A stretch of 64,000 bases of DNA, from the NCBI GenBank assembly GCA_013239625.1, contig MU053557.1:751063-815062 (forward strand), read 5' to 3'. Below the pieces are notes generated by a model. It saw only the letters and a program-made list of their open reading frames with translations. It was not told where the DNA came from and did no database searches. The stretch is from Lama guanicoe (taxonomy: Eukaryota). The translations under genes and the position numbers were made by a program. The first letter of the stretch is position 1; the number at the start of each line of letters is the position of its first letter. Positions 25,150-39,253 of this stretch are shown here, one piece after another.

Positions 25150-25865
25150 AACATCATTTTTAAAAAAATCTTTTGATCTGTATCTTCTACCCTCCCTGCC
25201 CCTTGCTTCTAGAAACCACTAGTTTATCCTCTGAATCTATGAGGGTTTTTTAAAAATAGAGTCCATGTATTAGAGAAATCATATGGTATTTGTCTTTTTC
25301 TATCTGACTTATTTCACTTAGTATAATGCCCTCAAGGTCCATCCATGTTGTCACAAATGGCACTATTTTATTTTCTATGGCTGAGTAGGATTCCTCTGTG
25401 TGTGTGTGTGTGTGTGTGTATCACATCTTCCTTATCTATTTATCCATCTGTAAACTTAGGCTGCTTCCATATCTTGGCTATTATAAATAATTCTGCAGTG
25501 AACATGGGAGTGCATTTATCTTTTTGAGTTAGTGTTTTTGTTTTCCTTGGATAAGTATACAGAAGCAGAACTGCTGAATCATATGGTAGTTCTATTTTTA
25601 ATTTTTTTAGGGACTTTCATACTGCTTTCCACAGTGGCTACACCAATTTACATTCCCACCCACAACACACAAGTGTTCCTTTTTCTTCGCATTCTCACCA
25701 ACATTTATTATTTATTGTATTTTTGATAATAGCCATTCTGACAGGTATGAGGTGATGTCTTTTTGTGGTTTTGATTTGCATTTCACTGATGACGACTGAT
25801 GCATCTTTTCATGTACCTATTGGCCATGTCTGCGACTTCTTTGGAAAAATGTGTATTCAGAACTT
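25150..25865 (-). mobile_element. Nested younger L1 3' fragment (L1MA-like) with internal (TG)11
   Basis: gacttatttcacttagtataatgccctcaaggtccatccatgttgtcacaaatggc..tagccattctgacaggtatgaggtga. Confidence 0.85.
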
Positions 25866-28800
25866 TTGAAATGTCTTGTTTAGATTTTGGTTTTCAGTTG
25901 TTCATTGTTTACTGTAAAGAAATATGATTTATTTTAATTTATTGAACTTGAATCCTACATCCATGTTGAACTCCCTTAATGGGGCTATGAGCCTTTTGTA
26001 GATGCCTTGGAATTTTCCATATAGACTGATGTTGCCTGTGAGTAGAGACAGCTTTATTTCTTTTTTTTTTTTTAATGTATGTATTGTATTTCTTTAAAAT
26101 AATGCCCTATTTCAATGACTAGGGCTTTTATACAGTGCTGGATAGATATCTTGAAAGTGAATATCCTTTCCTTGACCTCCATTTTAAGGGGAAAGCATTA
26201 ATTGTTTGATCATTAATTATGATGTTAGCTGCATGTTTTTATAGAGATCTTTAATCAGGGTATGGATCCCTTTTATTTCTAGTTTGCTTAGAGTTTTTGC
26301 TGTGAATTAATATTGAATTCTGTCAAAAATGTTTCCAGTATCTGATGGCATGATTGATGTCATTTTCATTTTTAGTCTATTATTATCATGGATTACACTG
26401 AGTTATTTTCTCATAACGAGCCATCCTTGCCTTTTTCTGAGATAAACTTTACTTTGTCATAGTCTATGTTTCTTTTTGTATATTGCTGGATTTGACTTCT
26501 AATATTTTCTTGAGGACTTTAATGTCTAGGTTTATGAAGTATATTGGTCTGTAGTTTTCACTTCTTAAATATTGTCCTTGTCTGGTTTTGTTATTAGAGT
26601 ACTGCTGGCATCATAAAATGAGTTTTCTACTTTTTAGAAGAGATTGTAAGGAATTGTTATTATTACTCTTTTCTTACTGATTGATAACATTCACCAGTGA
26701 AACCATCTGGGCCTAGAGTTCTCTTTGTTAGTTTTAAGTTAGGAATTAAAGTTCTAAAGTAGATGTAGAACTATTCAAATCATCTCTTTCTTCTCCCTAT
26801 AATTATTTTAATATCTGTGGAATCTTTAGTGAGATATTCTAATATTGATAACTTGTGTTTTTTTCTTTGTTAATCTGGACAGAAGTTTACCAATTTTGTT
26901 GATCACTTCAAAGAAGCTGCTTTTGGTTTTACTGATTTTTCTGTTTTCTGTTTTTCCATTTTCTTTTTATTATTTACTTCCTTCTCCTTGATAAAAAATG
27001 GTCAATTCATCCAGAAAATGGTGTCATTCTTGGCACATTCTTCCCATAATATGGCAAGTAATAGGTCACTAGGTACTTCAGACTTACCATTTTTGCTCAA
27101 AATAACTCCAGCAAATCTAGGATCTTTTTCAAAATTGTAATTGAAAGTTGGAGGTTCACTTTGATTGCCCTGATTGAATTTTATTCCCATCTTTGAATCA
27201 GTGACCATTATTCTGGTTGTCTAAGCCTAGGAAGTAGACTTAACTTCTGATAGAGCACAGACTACAAGTGAGAAAAGAGCAGATCCCCCAGGAAATTTGA
27301 GGTCCCATGAACATAAGAAGAAGGCATTGATTCTAATAAAGGCAAAACAAGAGCTATCCACTCTGTAGGCGATGTTGAAAGAGGGAAGGAAATCTATGAA
27401 AAGAAACCTTTGCTACCTCACAGTGTGGTTTAGAAAGTCATTTTGTATGAGAAGGAAAGCTCAAAGGCTGGTTTTCAAAAACTAACAGTAACAATTCTCT
27501 TGAATGCAGGGGAGTACATGAATTATGCTGAGTTTTTGTAGTCACTGATTTTAGCACTGACATGTATAGTAGATGCCATTCTCCAGGAATACTGAAAGGC
27601 ATATACAAAAAACAAACCATGCTTTATTATTATTATTATTATTTTTACTAATTGCTACCTGCTATATTTTGTTATTTCTGTTAAAAGTAACAGATTTCAA
27701 GTTAAAAAATTGCTTTTCGAGTTAAAAAATATATCAGAAATACTTTTTAATGTCAACATCTTTATAGCTAAGGAAAAAAATCACTAAGAATTAAAAGCAG
27801 AACACTGGTTGAAGAAAAGAATTTGGAAGGGGAAGAGAGTAGGCATTTCTAAAGTTATGAATGCTCATCTCTCCCCTTCTGTAGCCCTCACCATAAACCG
27901 GTTTGCTCAGGGTTCAGGGATGAATGTCAGGACCAGAATCCCTGAGGGGTTATCTGAAATAATGCCATCACAGAAACACCTCGCATGAACCACCATGTTC
28001 AACTGCCAACAGAGGCACGAAGGTAAGACGTTTGGAGACAAAACTACTTCACAAAGACAGAGTCTCTGTTCATCAGAGGGAAAGTTGTTTGTAGGATGAT
28101 GCGAAGAACGTCTCTACAGGAGTCACACGTGACTGCTGCCGCAGCTCTGTCGCAAAAGAAACATTTCCTGAGAACCACGAATGAGATCAGAGATTTAGAA
28201 AACTCTCTCAGGTTATTGCAAACAGCAGGGTGACTGTTCGGCACTTGAGAAAATCTGAGAGCCTCAAATTAGTCCTCAACATCTTTGGAATAAGGAGAAG
28301 AAAGATAAGGAAACAAATGCTTTAAGGTTTCCGTCACAGTCTGACAGGTAGAGCAGTTGGCATAGCCATCTTTAACTGTCTGCAAGCATCTCAGAGCGAA
28401 ACTTTTGCTCACAGCTTTCTCATTGTTCTCTCCTCCATCCTCTTCTCCTATGCTTCCCATTTGCCCTTTGGCAGCCTCATGTTGCAGCCCTTCCCCTCCT
28501 ATCTGTGGCTTTTGTAGAGCCACAGGGCCTTGATTTATACCCTTCAAATATGTACTTTGGAATGCAGTGACTTTTTGTTTTTCTGAGCACAGCACAAATA
28601 CACCGTGAACTTTTCACTGGGGTTTACCCCAACACTTTCATGATGTATATGTTCCCACGTGCTACCAGGAGCCCCACAAATGTAAAACTACTGGAGTATG
28701 AATGAAGCTTTTATATTTTAACTCAAAAATTGCATTCTATATTGATGTTTTGCGAACATAGGGCTATGGTTTCCAATGACAGTATTTTGTAGTTGGTATT

Positions 28801-30036
28801 CTGATGATCTGATGGCACCAACCTTTATTAAAGGACCAATCCCTTTGTAAGTTTTTGCCCATTCCTTCAAAACTCAGAATACCAGATAGAACAATATTTA
28901 GATGCAAAGCATTTTTGTCTTTCAACCAGAGGCCTGAGTGCAAAGCAGATGATTGTAGTGACAGTCATACTAGTCTTTTTTTGCCCCTTCAAACCATCTG
29001 CTAATGGTGGTAATAAATGACTATTTTATTCTGATAAAGAATTTACATCACTGGCACCATCACTTGATCTTTTGGACAGAAATGTGACTGATTTTGTTTT
29101 GAATCATTGCCAATTGTCAGGCCTCATTTGATATGAAACCTGGAGGTTTGGGGATTTTGTTTTGTGTTGTTATTTCTAGACCACTTTATTTCTGTATGTT
29201 TCTGGCTGCTTTGTTTGAGATCATAGTCAAACATCACGTATATCACAAGTATATGAGTGAGGCTGTCTTCTTTTCTTCCTCCCAATAAAAATTTCTTTGT
29301 GTTTAGATTTTATCCCCAATTTAATGAGTTTTAGGTGCGTCAATAGATCTGGATTGGCCTAGAGATTTTCTAGCCCAGACATCATTGTCATTTTCACTAT
29401 CATTTTTGGGAACTGATCTGGTTGGATTTAATTTATAAAAATGTATGTCTAATTTCAGATGGCTCTAAGATTTGTGTTGGAAGATAAATCACTTAAATAA
29501 TAGTGTTTTCTATCTTTTCCACTGCAAGCATTAGATTTAGATTGACCTGCACAATTTAACAATTCAATTCAATGAATAGCGATGAACACTCACCATGATC
29601 TCGCGACTGTGAGAGATGCTGGGGTTGTGAAGATGGGCAAGGCATTGTCTCTTAAGGATGAGAGTTGGGGGTGGGGAGACAGATCTTATAACTAAGCGAC
29701 ATCTGCATTGTGCTTTAGAGTTTGTCATTTAATTTTAACCCTAAAATATAGATTTACAGGGAAGAATTATGCCTCTTTTTCTATTCTTAATTTTAATGAT
29801 ATCTGCAAAGTCCTTTTATGTAGGTTGAGTTCCCCGGAATCAAATTATTGATGTCATGGTGAGTTGCTTAGTGTGGTTGGTGAGGAAAAAGATCTACTTT
29901 CCTTGATGATTGTGATAATGATGGTTGTAATAGCAATAGTAAGAGTAATGACAAAATTACATCAGACACTGAGCACTCCTGATGTATCAGGTATGATTCT
30001 AAATACGTTTTCTGATTTACCACACTTTATCCTGAC

Positions 30037-30492
30037 ATATTAGTCTAAGTTCTTCCAGAAGCAAATGCCAAGGCAGGATTAAACAGTCAGGCATTTTGTA
30101 GGGGGAATGCCTGTGAGGGAAAATGGGGGTGAGCTGGAAGAGGCTGGAAGGGCTGCCAGGTTTTGATGTAAGCTTTGCTTCAAGTGAAAGTGAGAGGGAG
30201 GGAACTTTAGATGGAAGGACCTGCTGAGATTGCCATCAGCTTGGGGAGAGCTCCGCATGACCAGCAGGGAATCCTTGAGTCAGAATGAGCCATTCAGAAG
30301 TCTTATGTCTTCAGAACCAGGCCTGCCTTAATGTCCTTCCTACATGCTGTAACTGGCGAGGAGAAGCCTGTGTGAGGCGGGGCACAGGTGCAAATGCTGC
30401 TGTGGTTTCAGAGCACAGGAGCCGGGGCCCTGGGTCAGCGGATCAGTTGTACTTGCTGTGGCTAGAAGTCTGTGTATTCTTGTGACCACCAC
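30037..30492 (-). mobile_element. MaLR (MLT1-type) LTR inserted into a MIR
   Basis: tattagtctaagttcttccagaagcaaatgccaaggcaggatt..gggggaatgcctgtgaggga; MIR halves at about 29940-30035 and 30500-30640 (ccattttacagatgagaaaactaaggc). Confidence 0.6.
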
Positions 30493-33179
30493 AACATACA
30501 GCAACTCCATTTTACAGATGAGAAAACTAAGGCAACAGAGATAGTAGGTCATCTGCCCAAAGTTAACAACTCCTGAGTTGCAGAGCCAGGATTCCAGTCC
30601 ATGCAGCCCGGTGTCAGATTCTATGCTTTTCAATTGCTAGATCACCTCTCAAGGTTGTACTTTAACAGTCTTTGATTCTCTTAAGGCAGAAGCACCATAT
30701 GAAGATCTAGAGCGGTAATTCTTTCATTTGTCTCATGTGCAGTCACTCTAGGGACTTAGTGAAGGCACAGATGAATAGCTCCTTATCCTGCAAATGCTGG
30801 CACAGGCAGCCTGGGGTGGGGCTTCAGGATTTACACTTCTAAGGGCTATCCCTAGTGATCCTTTGCAAGTGATCTTTGAATTAGACTCTCACAAACATTT
30901 CTTTTGATAAAGAATACTGGTCTTGGAGATTGAAAAGTGTGCTTTAAATTCCAGTGGTGCCAATTCCTAGTTGTCAAAAGTTAGAAACATTACTTAAATT
31001 TGTTAAACCCCATTTACAAATTTGCAAGTGGAGGTAGTAGCAAAAATTGACTATATAGGGTTCATCAGGTCGATGTGAATTCCCAGTGGCCCGGAAGTGA
31101 GAACATGGCTTGAAAATCTGGGGAGCATTGTGTGACATGGTGGTGCCAGTAATGCCTGATTTGGTTCTCAGATGTCTGGGGGACACTGGCGGTTTGTGGA
31201 TATGTCATGTGGTTCAGATTTGAACATATTTGATGTCTGCCCTTGAATCTAGGTGAAGGAAAAAGGAATGTCTTTAAAGTAGTCAATAAATCAGATAATT
31301 AATTTCTCCTTTAGTTCTGCAGTGAGTCACATTATGTCTTTAGAGAGTGTCCTTGGTTATGTGGGCAGCTTGAAAATGGAGTCTTTGAAAATGCATTTCA
31401 TTGATGCTTTTTTTCCACCTTTATTAATGTCATTACTACTGGTTGCTTTAAAAAATTAACGATGATAGTACATCAGGGTGCCATAGAAGATGAAGATGTT
31501 TTTCATTTATTGCTAATCCCTTCCTCCAGCTTCCTGTGGGAAGTTGAATGTGCCAGAACCTGCATCCTACTGCATTTCACCCTAGGATATCCAATGTCCC
31601 CACATCCCATGAAAGCACATCTCAGGGATCAGCTCCAGTGCCTGTCTGCTAAAGATTTAAGATGACTGAGTTTTAATGCTATGAGGTGCCTGTCATTAAT
31701 ACTTTTTTCCTGTCTCTAGATATTAGTTATCACTTTTCTCACATCACCTTTCCTCTGTCTGCCTAGGAAGCACCGTCTGATAGAAGAGGGACACCTATTA
31801 TCCAGATCTGGGCGCTGCCTCACACACATTCCCTCTACTGATTGTATCCAGTACTTTTCTCCTTGACATTATGTTCTTGAGCCAACGGTCTTAGGAAAGG
31901 AAAAGTCCACTTAGCTACCTTGAGTGTCGGTCTCTGTAACTTGAGGGTAATAATACATGTTTCAATGAGGATCAGATAAGATAGAGGCAACCTCTTTGTT
32001 AAGACCTAACTGGTTACCAGATTATGGTGACGTATTAATATATCTTTAATACTGAGCACTATTTCCAATTGGCAATGTATTATAAATTCTCTAAATGCAT
32101 TTTAAACCACAAAATTAAGAGAGCTATCAAAAAATAAATAAAATGAAAAGAAAATCTGAATGGATACTTTTAATGAACATTTATTAAGCATATAAAATCA
32201 AATAATAAAAATCTTTACCATGTATTTCTTTACTGGGAACATTTTCTGCGTGGGTTGAATTGGACGAATTATACTAAAATAGATCCATTAAGCTTATTAT
32301 TATTATTTGTACTGAAAATTTCCTTTTATAATCATAAATATTCTTTACTTTATCCATCCTAAATATGTTTGTCATTGAGTCAGTGTGCCTGAATGCAGCT
32401 CAATTACTAAACTAGTATATGTCCACAGAAAAGCAGTTTCCATAATAACTTATTTTTTAAAGCTCTCTTGCTCTTTTGTATCAATAAGATCTTTTCTTAC
32501 CAGCATTCATTAATGATGTGCTTTATAAACAGACACCAAATCTTCTCTTTTGGCCATGTAACGTTACCGAGACATTTGCTTCCAGAAAAGTTCTGCTTTT
32601 ATTTTCTCATAATGCCTGTCCAGAAGAGTTAGTTTTCACCTTCAATAATTTCATCTAATGTCCCTGGAAATCATCTGTGAAGTGCTTGACTTACGGCATT
32701 CAGCTTCCCTTGAGCTCTGACCTCAAGCCAAACAATCATCTATCTGTTTAGACAGAGCCACCATGGTTTAAAAGGGATTTTATGAATTCATTTATAATCA
32801 TGTTGGTTCAAAATTATTTTTAATGTGGATTACAAGGACAATATAGGATATTAAAATGATTCAGAACATAGCTGGGGTGGTCAATGAAGACTTTTTTAGA
32901 GAGGAAAGGTGTTAAGTCTCAAACCAGAGAGTAGCAGTATGTATGTTAGCAAAGTGGAGAAGAAATGGTTCTCAGAGCTAAGGGAGCAGAATGATCAAAG
33001 GAATGGAATTAAGCATGGACTGCCTTTGATGGCTTCTGGTTGACATTCTTAAGTTTACAGTATCTGGCTGAGATCAAGATCTCATCTTCATCTCCAATCA
33101 TTCCTTTATTTTTCAGTTACAATCTGGACTATTTCTAATTTTGTAATCTAGACTATTAAGAGTCTTGTGAAAATTTCTA

Positions 33180-33475
33180 TTTTATTTATTGTGATATAAT
33201 TGACATATTTTATTTGTTGTGGTATAATGGACATACAACATCATGTAAGTTTGAGTTGTGTAACTTATTCATTTGATACATTTCTATATTGTGCTATGAC
33301 GACTACAAGTAGGGTCAGCTAACACCTTTATTATGTCATGTAATTGTCATTTCTTTTTTTGTACTGAGAGCAATTAAGCCTCTTAGCAACGTTGAAGTTC
33401 ATAATACAACATTGTTGACTCTAATCTCTATGTTGTATTTTAGATCTCCAGAATGGATTGACCTACTAGTTGCAA
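33180..33475 (-). mobile_element. L1 3' end fragment
   Basis: tttattgtgatataattgacata..ctcttagcaac..cataatacaacattgttgact..tagatctccagaa. Confidence 0.7.
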
Positions 33476-33924
33476 ACTGTCATTGCTTTCAAGGATGCTA
33501 AACTCCTGCCATGCCAGTATCCCTCACCTCCATGCCTGTACACACTGACCTTTTGCTCAGATTATTTGTCCCCTGCGTTATCTTCTTGGCTCTTTTACAC
33601 CAAGTTTATGGCTCTTCCCTTGTACTTCCTTAGAGCTTAGCATATACTACTAATATGACACCCAGCATATAGTTCTGTGATTTGTTTAAAGATCTATTAT
33701 ATTTGTTAGGCTGCATGGCCTTTAAAGACAGGTTTTATCTATTTAATATCATGCCTTTGGTATGGTGATGTGGTAAGTAGTTGCTTGCTGAATACTTGAA
33801 CTGCATTGAGCATGACATGTTGAAAAATGACACACTTCTTTAGAGAGGAAAGTTTTTCTGTTTGTAGGGGATCCAGTGAGATATACCTAAAAGTCACTGA
33901 TTAGGGACTATTAAAGTGAAATAA

Positions 33925-34375
33925 AGCTCAGTGGATCTGGGAACTTGGTTGGGAAAAGAAAATCATCCATATTTTCATTATCTTAAATTTAATAGTGAAC
34001 TTTAATTATGAATGACTGTCACCAAGTGGTATAGTATTAGCAGTATTTCTGACTTTGGCATTGGTAGCTATTATAAATATTTTTGCATTGCATCAGTTAT
34101 CTCATATTCTTGAAATACTGTCTAAGGTCCCTTTTTCAAATGTAGGGTAATAGGCTGTTGCTAAATGTAGCTATTTAACCCATCAAAGAAGGAGTTTATA
34201 TGCCTCTATATAGACTTAAAAGAATATCCTAACTAATTTTAATATAATTGGTTACCATTGTAATTCTATGTATTTTATTTTATGAATTTAAATACCTTTA
34301 CTATGAGAAAGGGTTTATGGGCTCTTTATCAAATTGCTGAAGGGTTATTTGACACAACAATTATTAGGAGCACTT
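33925..34375. mobile_element. hAT-Charlie-type DNA transposon (MER) remnant
   Basis: ttgtaattctatgtattttattttatgaatttaaa..tgagaaagggtttatggg..ctgaaggg..tgacacaa resembles a Charlie-family MER end; subfamily not assigned. Confidence 0.45.
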
Positions 34376-35706
34376 TAATTGTAAGTTCAGTGAGGTCAGG
34401 GTTTATGAGAGAGGTTGGCAGTGTCCTGGCAAGCCCAGTTCAGGAGAGTGGTATTTTGGGATATGGTAAAGATGTCCTTGCTGTGGTAATAAATTTAGAA
34501 TCGAAAGCCTGGATCATCCAGGATACTGCTGAGCAGAGCTTGGTTTGATGAAATCATTCTTTCAGGAAACTGGGTCTGGTTGTTCTACATGGGATGAGTT
34601 GGAGGGTTGAAATCTAGAGATCTGTTGTAGCCCAGGTGTGAGATGAGGAGGCCTGGTCAAAGGCGGTTGGCTGTTGGGATTTAAGATGAAGACTTCACCG
34701 CACTGCACAAGAGGTGAAAGAGAAGAAACAGAGGTGAGCCCTGAAAGTGCTGTTTTGGGTGGAAAAGGGTAAGAGTTCGGTTTTGATGATAGTATATTTG
34801 AGCTAACATAAATCTCTTGCTAGGTTTAGATGCTGGTTTGGCATTTCAGTGTGAGGCAAGGGATTTGAAAGCTACCATTACAGAGGAAAGAGGTGAAATA
34901 AAAAAGACAAAGTTTTTTTTTTCAACGGAAAGAACAGAACGAGAGGAGGGGCCAAGAGTTAGGCAGGAAGACTCACAGTCAGTAGAAAGTTCTCAGTTTC
35001 CTTCCTCTCTGGAGTAACCAGTGATCTCTGCCCAGCATCTCCCCTCTGTGGAGTCAGGATCCAAAGGCCAGCTGGGCTCCTGGGTTGCACATATTTTAGG
35101 AGAGATCTCTGCTGCCCAGGAAGGCCGGTGTTCAACTGTGACCAAGGGCCCAGGTTGGCCTCAAGTTGAGAAGCTCAAGGCATAAAATGCCTTTGCCTGT
35201 TGGTACAGAAGCTTGGTGACATAGAAGGCCAGGTCCCATGCACATCATTACTGAACTCACTAGAAGCTAAGCTCTTTATCTTTACTGGCCTCACTTCTTA
35301 CAGTTCTCACAGCATCCGAATCCTATTCTTATTTCGGCTAAGATTACTCTCTGACCACTCGACTTCCTTTTTTATTTCCATTGCATGTCCTTTCCTCTAA
35401 GGTTTTTCCTCTCTCTATTAGATAGTCTGTGACTCTTTTTCAGAATGTCTAATTTTATAGTTTATATTAATTCTTAAATTTTAAGCTTTTAAAAATTTTA
35501 GCATGATACAGAAACCCTCAAACCTCCACAATTAGCTGCTCCTCTAATCTGTTCCTTTCATGAACGTTTAAGGAACCACACCGGTGTCTGCTGTTTCTCA
35601 TTTCTCCGGTCATTTAATGATCCATGTTTATTGTTTTCAAAATTTTTTTATGGTGGCTTTTTTAGACATTTAAATCTTTGTTTGTAAAGGTCTATTATTT
35701 TAAGAC

Positions 35707-35849
35707 TTTTTTTTTTTAACTTTGTTACATTTGGAGGGGAGGTAATTAGATTTATTTATTTATTTTTTTTGAATGGAGGTACTGGGGACTGAACCCAGGA
35801 CCTCATGCATGCTAAGCATGCACTCTACCACTGAGCTACACTCTCCCCC
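35707..35849 (-). mobile_element. tRNA-Ala-derived SINE (camelid Vic-1 type)
   Basis: ggaggtactggggactgaacccaggacctcatgcatgctaagcatgcactctaccactgagctacactctccccc with a poly(T) tail; tgtaaaggt on both flanks (35683 and 35851). Confidence 0.9.
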
Positions 35850-36444
35850 ATGTAAAGGTTGTTCTTATTAAGATGTATGGCAGCTTTATTCTCAGGTAAC
35901 TTCTGTCTCTGACCTATCTGTTGCTGAAATTTTATTTTTAAGTATCCTATAATTTTGACTGAAACTTGATCCATCTATAAAAACCTTAATATGAAGCAGG
36001 AAGAATGGTAACCTGCTTAGTAGACAGCATCTGGAATACCAATTCCCCATAGATCCCTGCCAATTTCAATGATGAACTAACCACAAAAGCATAGTTTAAC
36101 AAAACAAAATATCCATTTCATTTCATTAATCAGTTTTTATGTAATTAAATGAGAAGCCAGTCACATTTTGCATATGATGTTGAATGTTTCTGAAAAGATT
36201 ATCTCGTAATTTAACTAGAATATAAACCCTGCCTCCTCTTAGATTAAAACTGCTGTGCTTTTTGAATGAATACCCATAAGTCATATCTTATTTTTCTTTT
36301 GCTGACACCAACATAAAAATAATAACAGAATAACCTAAAACAGATTATCATGAATTTTTAAATAGCTATCGACTTATTTTCAGTTGACACCCACCAAAGA
36401 TATGCTGATAACTCAGTAATTAAGGGCAACTTGCCTTTTTTACA

Positions 36445-37660
36445 TTAAGACTTTATTATTTTAGAACAGTTTAAGGTTCAAAGCAAAATTAAGCAGAAGT
36501 GCAGAGATTTCTCATGTGTATCCCCTGTCTTCACACATACATAATCTTTCTATTATCCACATCTCCCATCAGACTGGTACATTTGTTACAATTGACAAAT
36601 GTACATTTTAATCACACAAAGTCCATAGTTTATCTCAGGGGTCACTCTTGGTGTTTTACATTTTGTGGATTGGACAGATGTATGAAATACACCCAACTGG
36701 ATACCATTACGGTATTGTACAGAGTATTTTCCCTGCCTTAAATCCTCAGTGTTTAACCTATTCATCCCTCGCCACAACCCCTGACAACCAGTGATTTTCT
36801 CACAAACTCCGTAATTTTGCCTTTTCCAGAATGTTGTATATATCCTGTAGGAATCCTACAGTATGTAACCTTTTCAGGTTGGCTTCTTACACTTAGAATA
36901 TGTATTTAATTTTCCTCTATGTTTTTTCATGGCTTGATAGCTCATTTATTTTTAGTGCTGAATAATATTCCATTGTCTGCGTGCACCACCATTTATTTAT
37001 CTCTTCACCTACTGAAGGACATCTTGGTTGTTTCCAAGTTTTGGCAATTAAGAATCAAGCCCCTTTGACCATCCATTTGCAGATTTTTGTGTGGATGTGA
37101 AGTTTTCAACTTTTTTGGGTAAATATGAAGGAGCACAATTTGCTGGATCATGTGCTAAGAATATGTTTAGTTTTGTAAGAACCACCAAACTGTCTTCCAA
37201 AAGAAGCTGTGCCATTTTGCATTCCCACCAGCCATGAATGAGAGTTCCTCTAGCTCCATGTCCTTGTCAGCATGTGGTATTGTCAAGAGTTCTGGATTTT
37301 AGCCATTCTAATAGGTGTGTCATTGTGGTTTTAATTTGCATACCCCTGATGACATAGGATGTGGAGGATCTTTTCATGTGCTTATTTGCTATCTGAGTAT
37401 CTTCTTTTGTAAAGTGTCTGTTGAGGTCTTTGGCCCATTTTAAAAGTTGGGTTGTTTGTTTTCTTATTGTTGAGTTTTCGAAGTTCTTTGTGTATTTTAG
37501 ATAACAGTCCTCTATCAGTTGTGTCTTTTGCATGTATTTTCTCCCAGGCTGTGGCTTGTATTCTCCTTCCTTGACATTGTCTTTTTCAGAGCAGAAGTTT
37601 TTAATTTTAATACAGTCCAGTTTATCAGTTGTTTCTTTCATGAACGCAGCTTGCTTTTTA
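36445..37660 (-). mobile_element. L1M (L1MC-like) 3' UTR plus ORF2 C-terminal remnant
   Basis: ORF track 37267-37764 contains the ORF2 motifs KETTDKLDCIKIKNFCS and KWAKDLNRHFTKEDTQIANKHMKRSSTS; 3' UTR tagaacagtttaaggttcaaagcaaaattaagcagaagtgcagagatttc. Confidence 0.9.
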
Positions 37661-38764
37661 ACTAGATGTCTAAGATGTGTCTTTTCTAAGATGCATAGAG
37701 ATGTTGAACAACACTCACATTCCCAGATACCTAGTTCCTGGGTTCTGTGTGGCCATGTTTGCACGTGAACTTTATTTTTCTTATGGGTTTTTCTTTACCT
37801 ACTGCATTATCAGATTATCTGACTCACATTTTGCACATCCATCCACAGTTGATAGAATTTCTCATAAATACGCTTGTTCCTCATTAGAGTCTTAAGGACC
37901 TTTAGCTATGGAGGAATCCTTTTATTTCAGGGTAGGGATTTGGAGAGAAGGAAGGAAACCTTTCCTAATTTGTTCTATATAGATTCCTCAGAGCTGTGTT
38001 CTTTTTGAATTGAGCAAGTAGATTTAGGTGGCAAAATAGCAAAAATAGCACAGTTAAAGCCTGGGCTTCAGAGTTGCTGAACTGGGTTCTAATCACTTCT
38101 TCGCTCTTCACAATGTGCACATGTAAACTTAACCTCTCCACATCGCAGTTTCCTTATCTGTACTGTTGAGTCCTTCATTCAATTACCATTTGTTGCATTT
38201 ACTATACCGAAAGCACTGTGGTTTACATAGGGATATAAATGGTGCTTGACTTGATGGAGCTTACACGTAAAGAATAATGGAGAATAGTACTTGCCATTTA
38301 AATTTATGCAAATGAACTGATATTAGACAAGGAAGTTATAAAGTAACAGACATATAGTAAGAGTTCAATAAACAATAGATTAAAAAATTATCATTTTTGT
38401 TAGTTTATAAGTCTCCTGACCTGTCACTGTTGCCTTGTTCCAGTGCCTAGCATGCTTCTTAGTACATACAAGGCTCTTGTCTTAGGTAGAGTTCTTTAGA
38501 AGCAAACTCCAAGAGAAGAATTTGGGTACAAATAGTTAATTAAGGAAGTTCTCCCAAAAGAAACTGGTAACAGACTAGAAAAAGCAAAACAAGAAAGTAG
38601 AAGAAGCCAAGGAAGGGTGGGATTCAGACAAACCCCAGTAGAGGTCACCTGATGCCTCAGGAGACTCTGGAGGGTAAATCATCTCTCAGAGCATTTCCAC
38701 CCTGAGGTAGGAGAGGTGTCAGTCGTTGTACCTGTCAGTCATTGACAATAGGAATCGTGGAGAC

Positions 38765-39253
38765 TATGGTGGGCAGAACAGTGACTCCCCAAGGATTTTC
38801 ATGCCCTAAACCCTGGAACCTGTGAATATATTGCCTTCCATGGCAAAGGGAATTTTGCAGATGTAATTAGGAATGTGGACTTCTAGATAAGGAGACTATC
38901 CTGGATTATCCAAATGGACCTGGTCTAGTCACAGCAATCTTTAAAAATGAAGAATTGTTCCCAGCTAAGGAGAGGTGTGATGACAGTAAAAAGGGACAGA
39001 GAGCAGTAATATTGTGAACTTTGAAAAAAGAGGAAGAGAGTCTATGAGCCAGTGAATGTAGGAAGCCTGGAGAAACTGGAAAAGGCAAGGAAATGGATTG
39101 TCTTCTAGATTCTCCAGAAGGAAATACAGCCTGGCAGCACCAAGTGAAAACTGCCTGATTTTGAACTTACAAAACTTTAAGGTAATAAATTTGCATTGTT
39201 TTAAGCCACCAAGTTTGTGATAATTTGTTACAGCAGCAATAGAAAACTAATAT
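38765..39253 (+). mobile_element. MaLR LTR (MLT1D-like), nested in an older MLT1 LTR (about 38480-39460, minus)
   Basis: ccctggaacctgtgaatat..atggcaaagggaattttgcagatgtaatta..tatcctggattatcc..aataaatttgcattgttttaagccaccaagtttgtgataatttgttacagcagcaatagaaaactaa. Confidence 0.85.

Larger units (their letters stand above)
23105..26990 (-). mobile_element. Old L1M element (3' UTR plus decayed ORF2), interrupted by a younger L1 and a simple repeat
   Basis: Continuous antisense L1 motifs; ORF track 23947-24144 (MDTFDFIKIKN..WGKI) is ORF2-like; the outer element stops at about 24870 and resumes at about 25870 (ttttcagttgttcattg..; tcaccagtgaaaccatctgggcct). Confidence 0.85.

Noticed and set aside
27880..29280. 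Possible decayed coding sequence (retrocopy or transposase), including ORF 28269-28595
   Set aside because: The frames I translated by hand gave no recognisable protein. A BLASTx or Dfam search would be needed.
37267..37764. Longest ORF (165 aa) as a gene
   Set aside because: It is a frameshifted L1 ORF2 remnant fused to flanking sequence.
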